The notes below the pieces were generated by a model, which saw only the letters and a list, made by a program, of their open reading frames with translations, ran no database searches and was not told where the DNA came from. Made by a program: the position numbers and the translations under genes. Of a DNA stretch of 64,000 nt, positions 63,338 to 64,000 are shown piece by piece (the stretch's first letter is position 1; every line of letters starts with the position of its first letter). The DNA is from Macrostomum hystrix. Its lineage: Eukaryota > Animalia > Platyhelminthes. The stretch covers positions 5,828,001 through 5,892,000 of the forward strand of contig CATNEN010000039.1 in NCBI GenBank assembly GCA_950097015.1, read 5' to 3'.

Positions 63338-63821
63338 AAAGTGTAAGATGCAACGGTTAGCACGGAGCCTAATAGTCATTTATTCAGACTGGGCTTAACT
63401 GTTTTCAAATCTGCTCGCAATTCGACAAAATTTGATCCTAACCCCAAGCAAGCTAATTGTGATGAGCGCTTTTAACATGTTATCCATGCTTACGCCAGTA
63501 ACTTTTACGCATAAACTTTATTTGCGGACTGCATACCTCGCGGTGGTTGCTGCCTAGGCAACCACTTTTGCGTACAGCCCAAAATGCGTGTTCGTGGTAT
63601 CAGCAGAAAATATATCGTTGCACTTTCATTCATTGAAAAGTAACTGATCTCTAGAAACGAAGAAGTTGCTCCATCTGTTTCGATCGTTATTTTAACAAAT
63701 ATGATGTAGCAAATGTTTTCTTTGACAATGTGTGCCGACAGCGGCAACAGTGGCGATTCTGGTTTCAGACAAGCAAATTTAAAGGGCGTTGAAGTTCTCA
63801 TTCATACGTTCCTTGCCTACC

Positions 63822-64000
63822 TGTCACTAGGAGGCTAGCGAACAACGCAGGATACCATTAGGGCACACCCGCGGAAATTCCGTTTGTAACCCTATTCCAG
63901 CCATTTAGAGAGCTTGGACAAGCCTCAGCCAATAGGAATCGACGCCTGGCTTGGGGGGGTCCTGAACGGCTATAAAAGCGAGACACTGGTGACGTAATTT
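63822..64000 (+). promoter_or_regulatory. Pol II promoter, possibly the U3 part of an LTR cut by the window edge
   Basis: TGTCAC start, CCAAT box at 63929 and TATAAAAG at 63971. Confidence 0.4.

Overview
Eukaryotic (animal) genomic DNA with GT-AG introns, tRNA-derived SINEs and very many minisatellites. The style suggests a flatworm such as Macrostomum, but that is inference only. Host genes reconstructed by hand from splice sites: UBE2Q-family E2 (5' part missing); a divergent Hv1-like voltage-sensor-only channel on the minus strand that the ORF track does not show as one gene; a single-pass membrane glycoprotein; an ankyrin/SOCS-box protein; an intronless family I inorganic pyrophosphatase; an uncharacterised multi-exon gene; an EF-hand protein; and a SYT14/16-like synaptotagmin. 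Mobile DNA includes an IS630/Tc1-type transposon, two MITEs, two SINE families, a LINE RT fragment inside a satellite, a Harbinger-type Myb relic and probable LTR pieces. The most unusual signal is three clusters (30.9-32.2, 46.06-46.40 and 49.1-51.15 kb) of the octamer CCATAGAC/GTCTATGG. These sites have inverted flanking arms, bound short possibly invertible segments, and delimit cassettes carrying related orphan ORFs. This looks like a site-specific (tyrosine-recombinase/Crypton-like) cassette system, but no recombinase is visible in the window. A second pattern is that many minisatellite arrays begin just downstream of splice donors.
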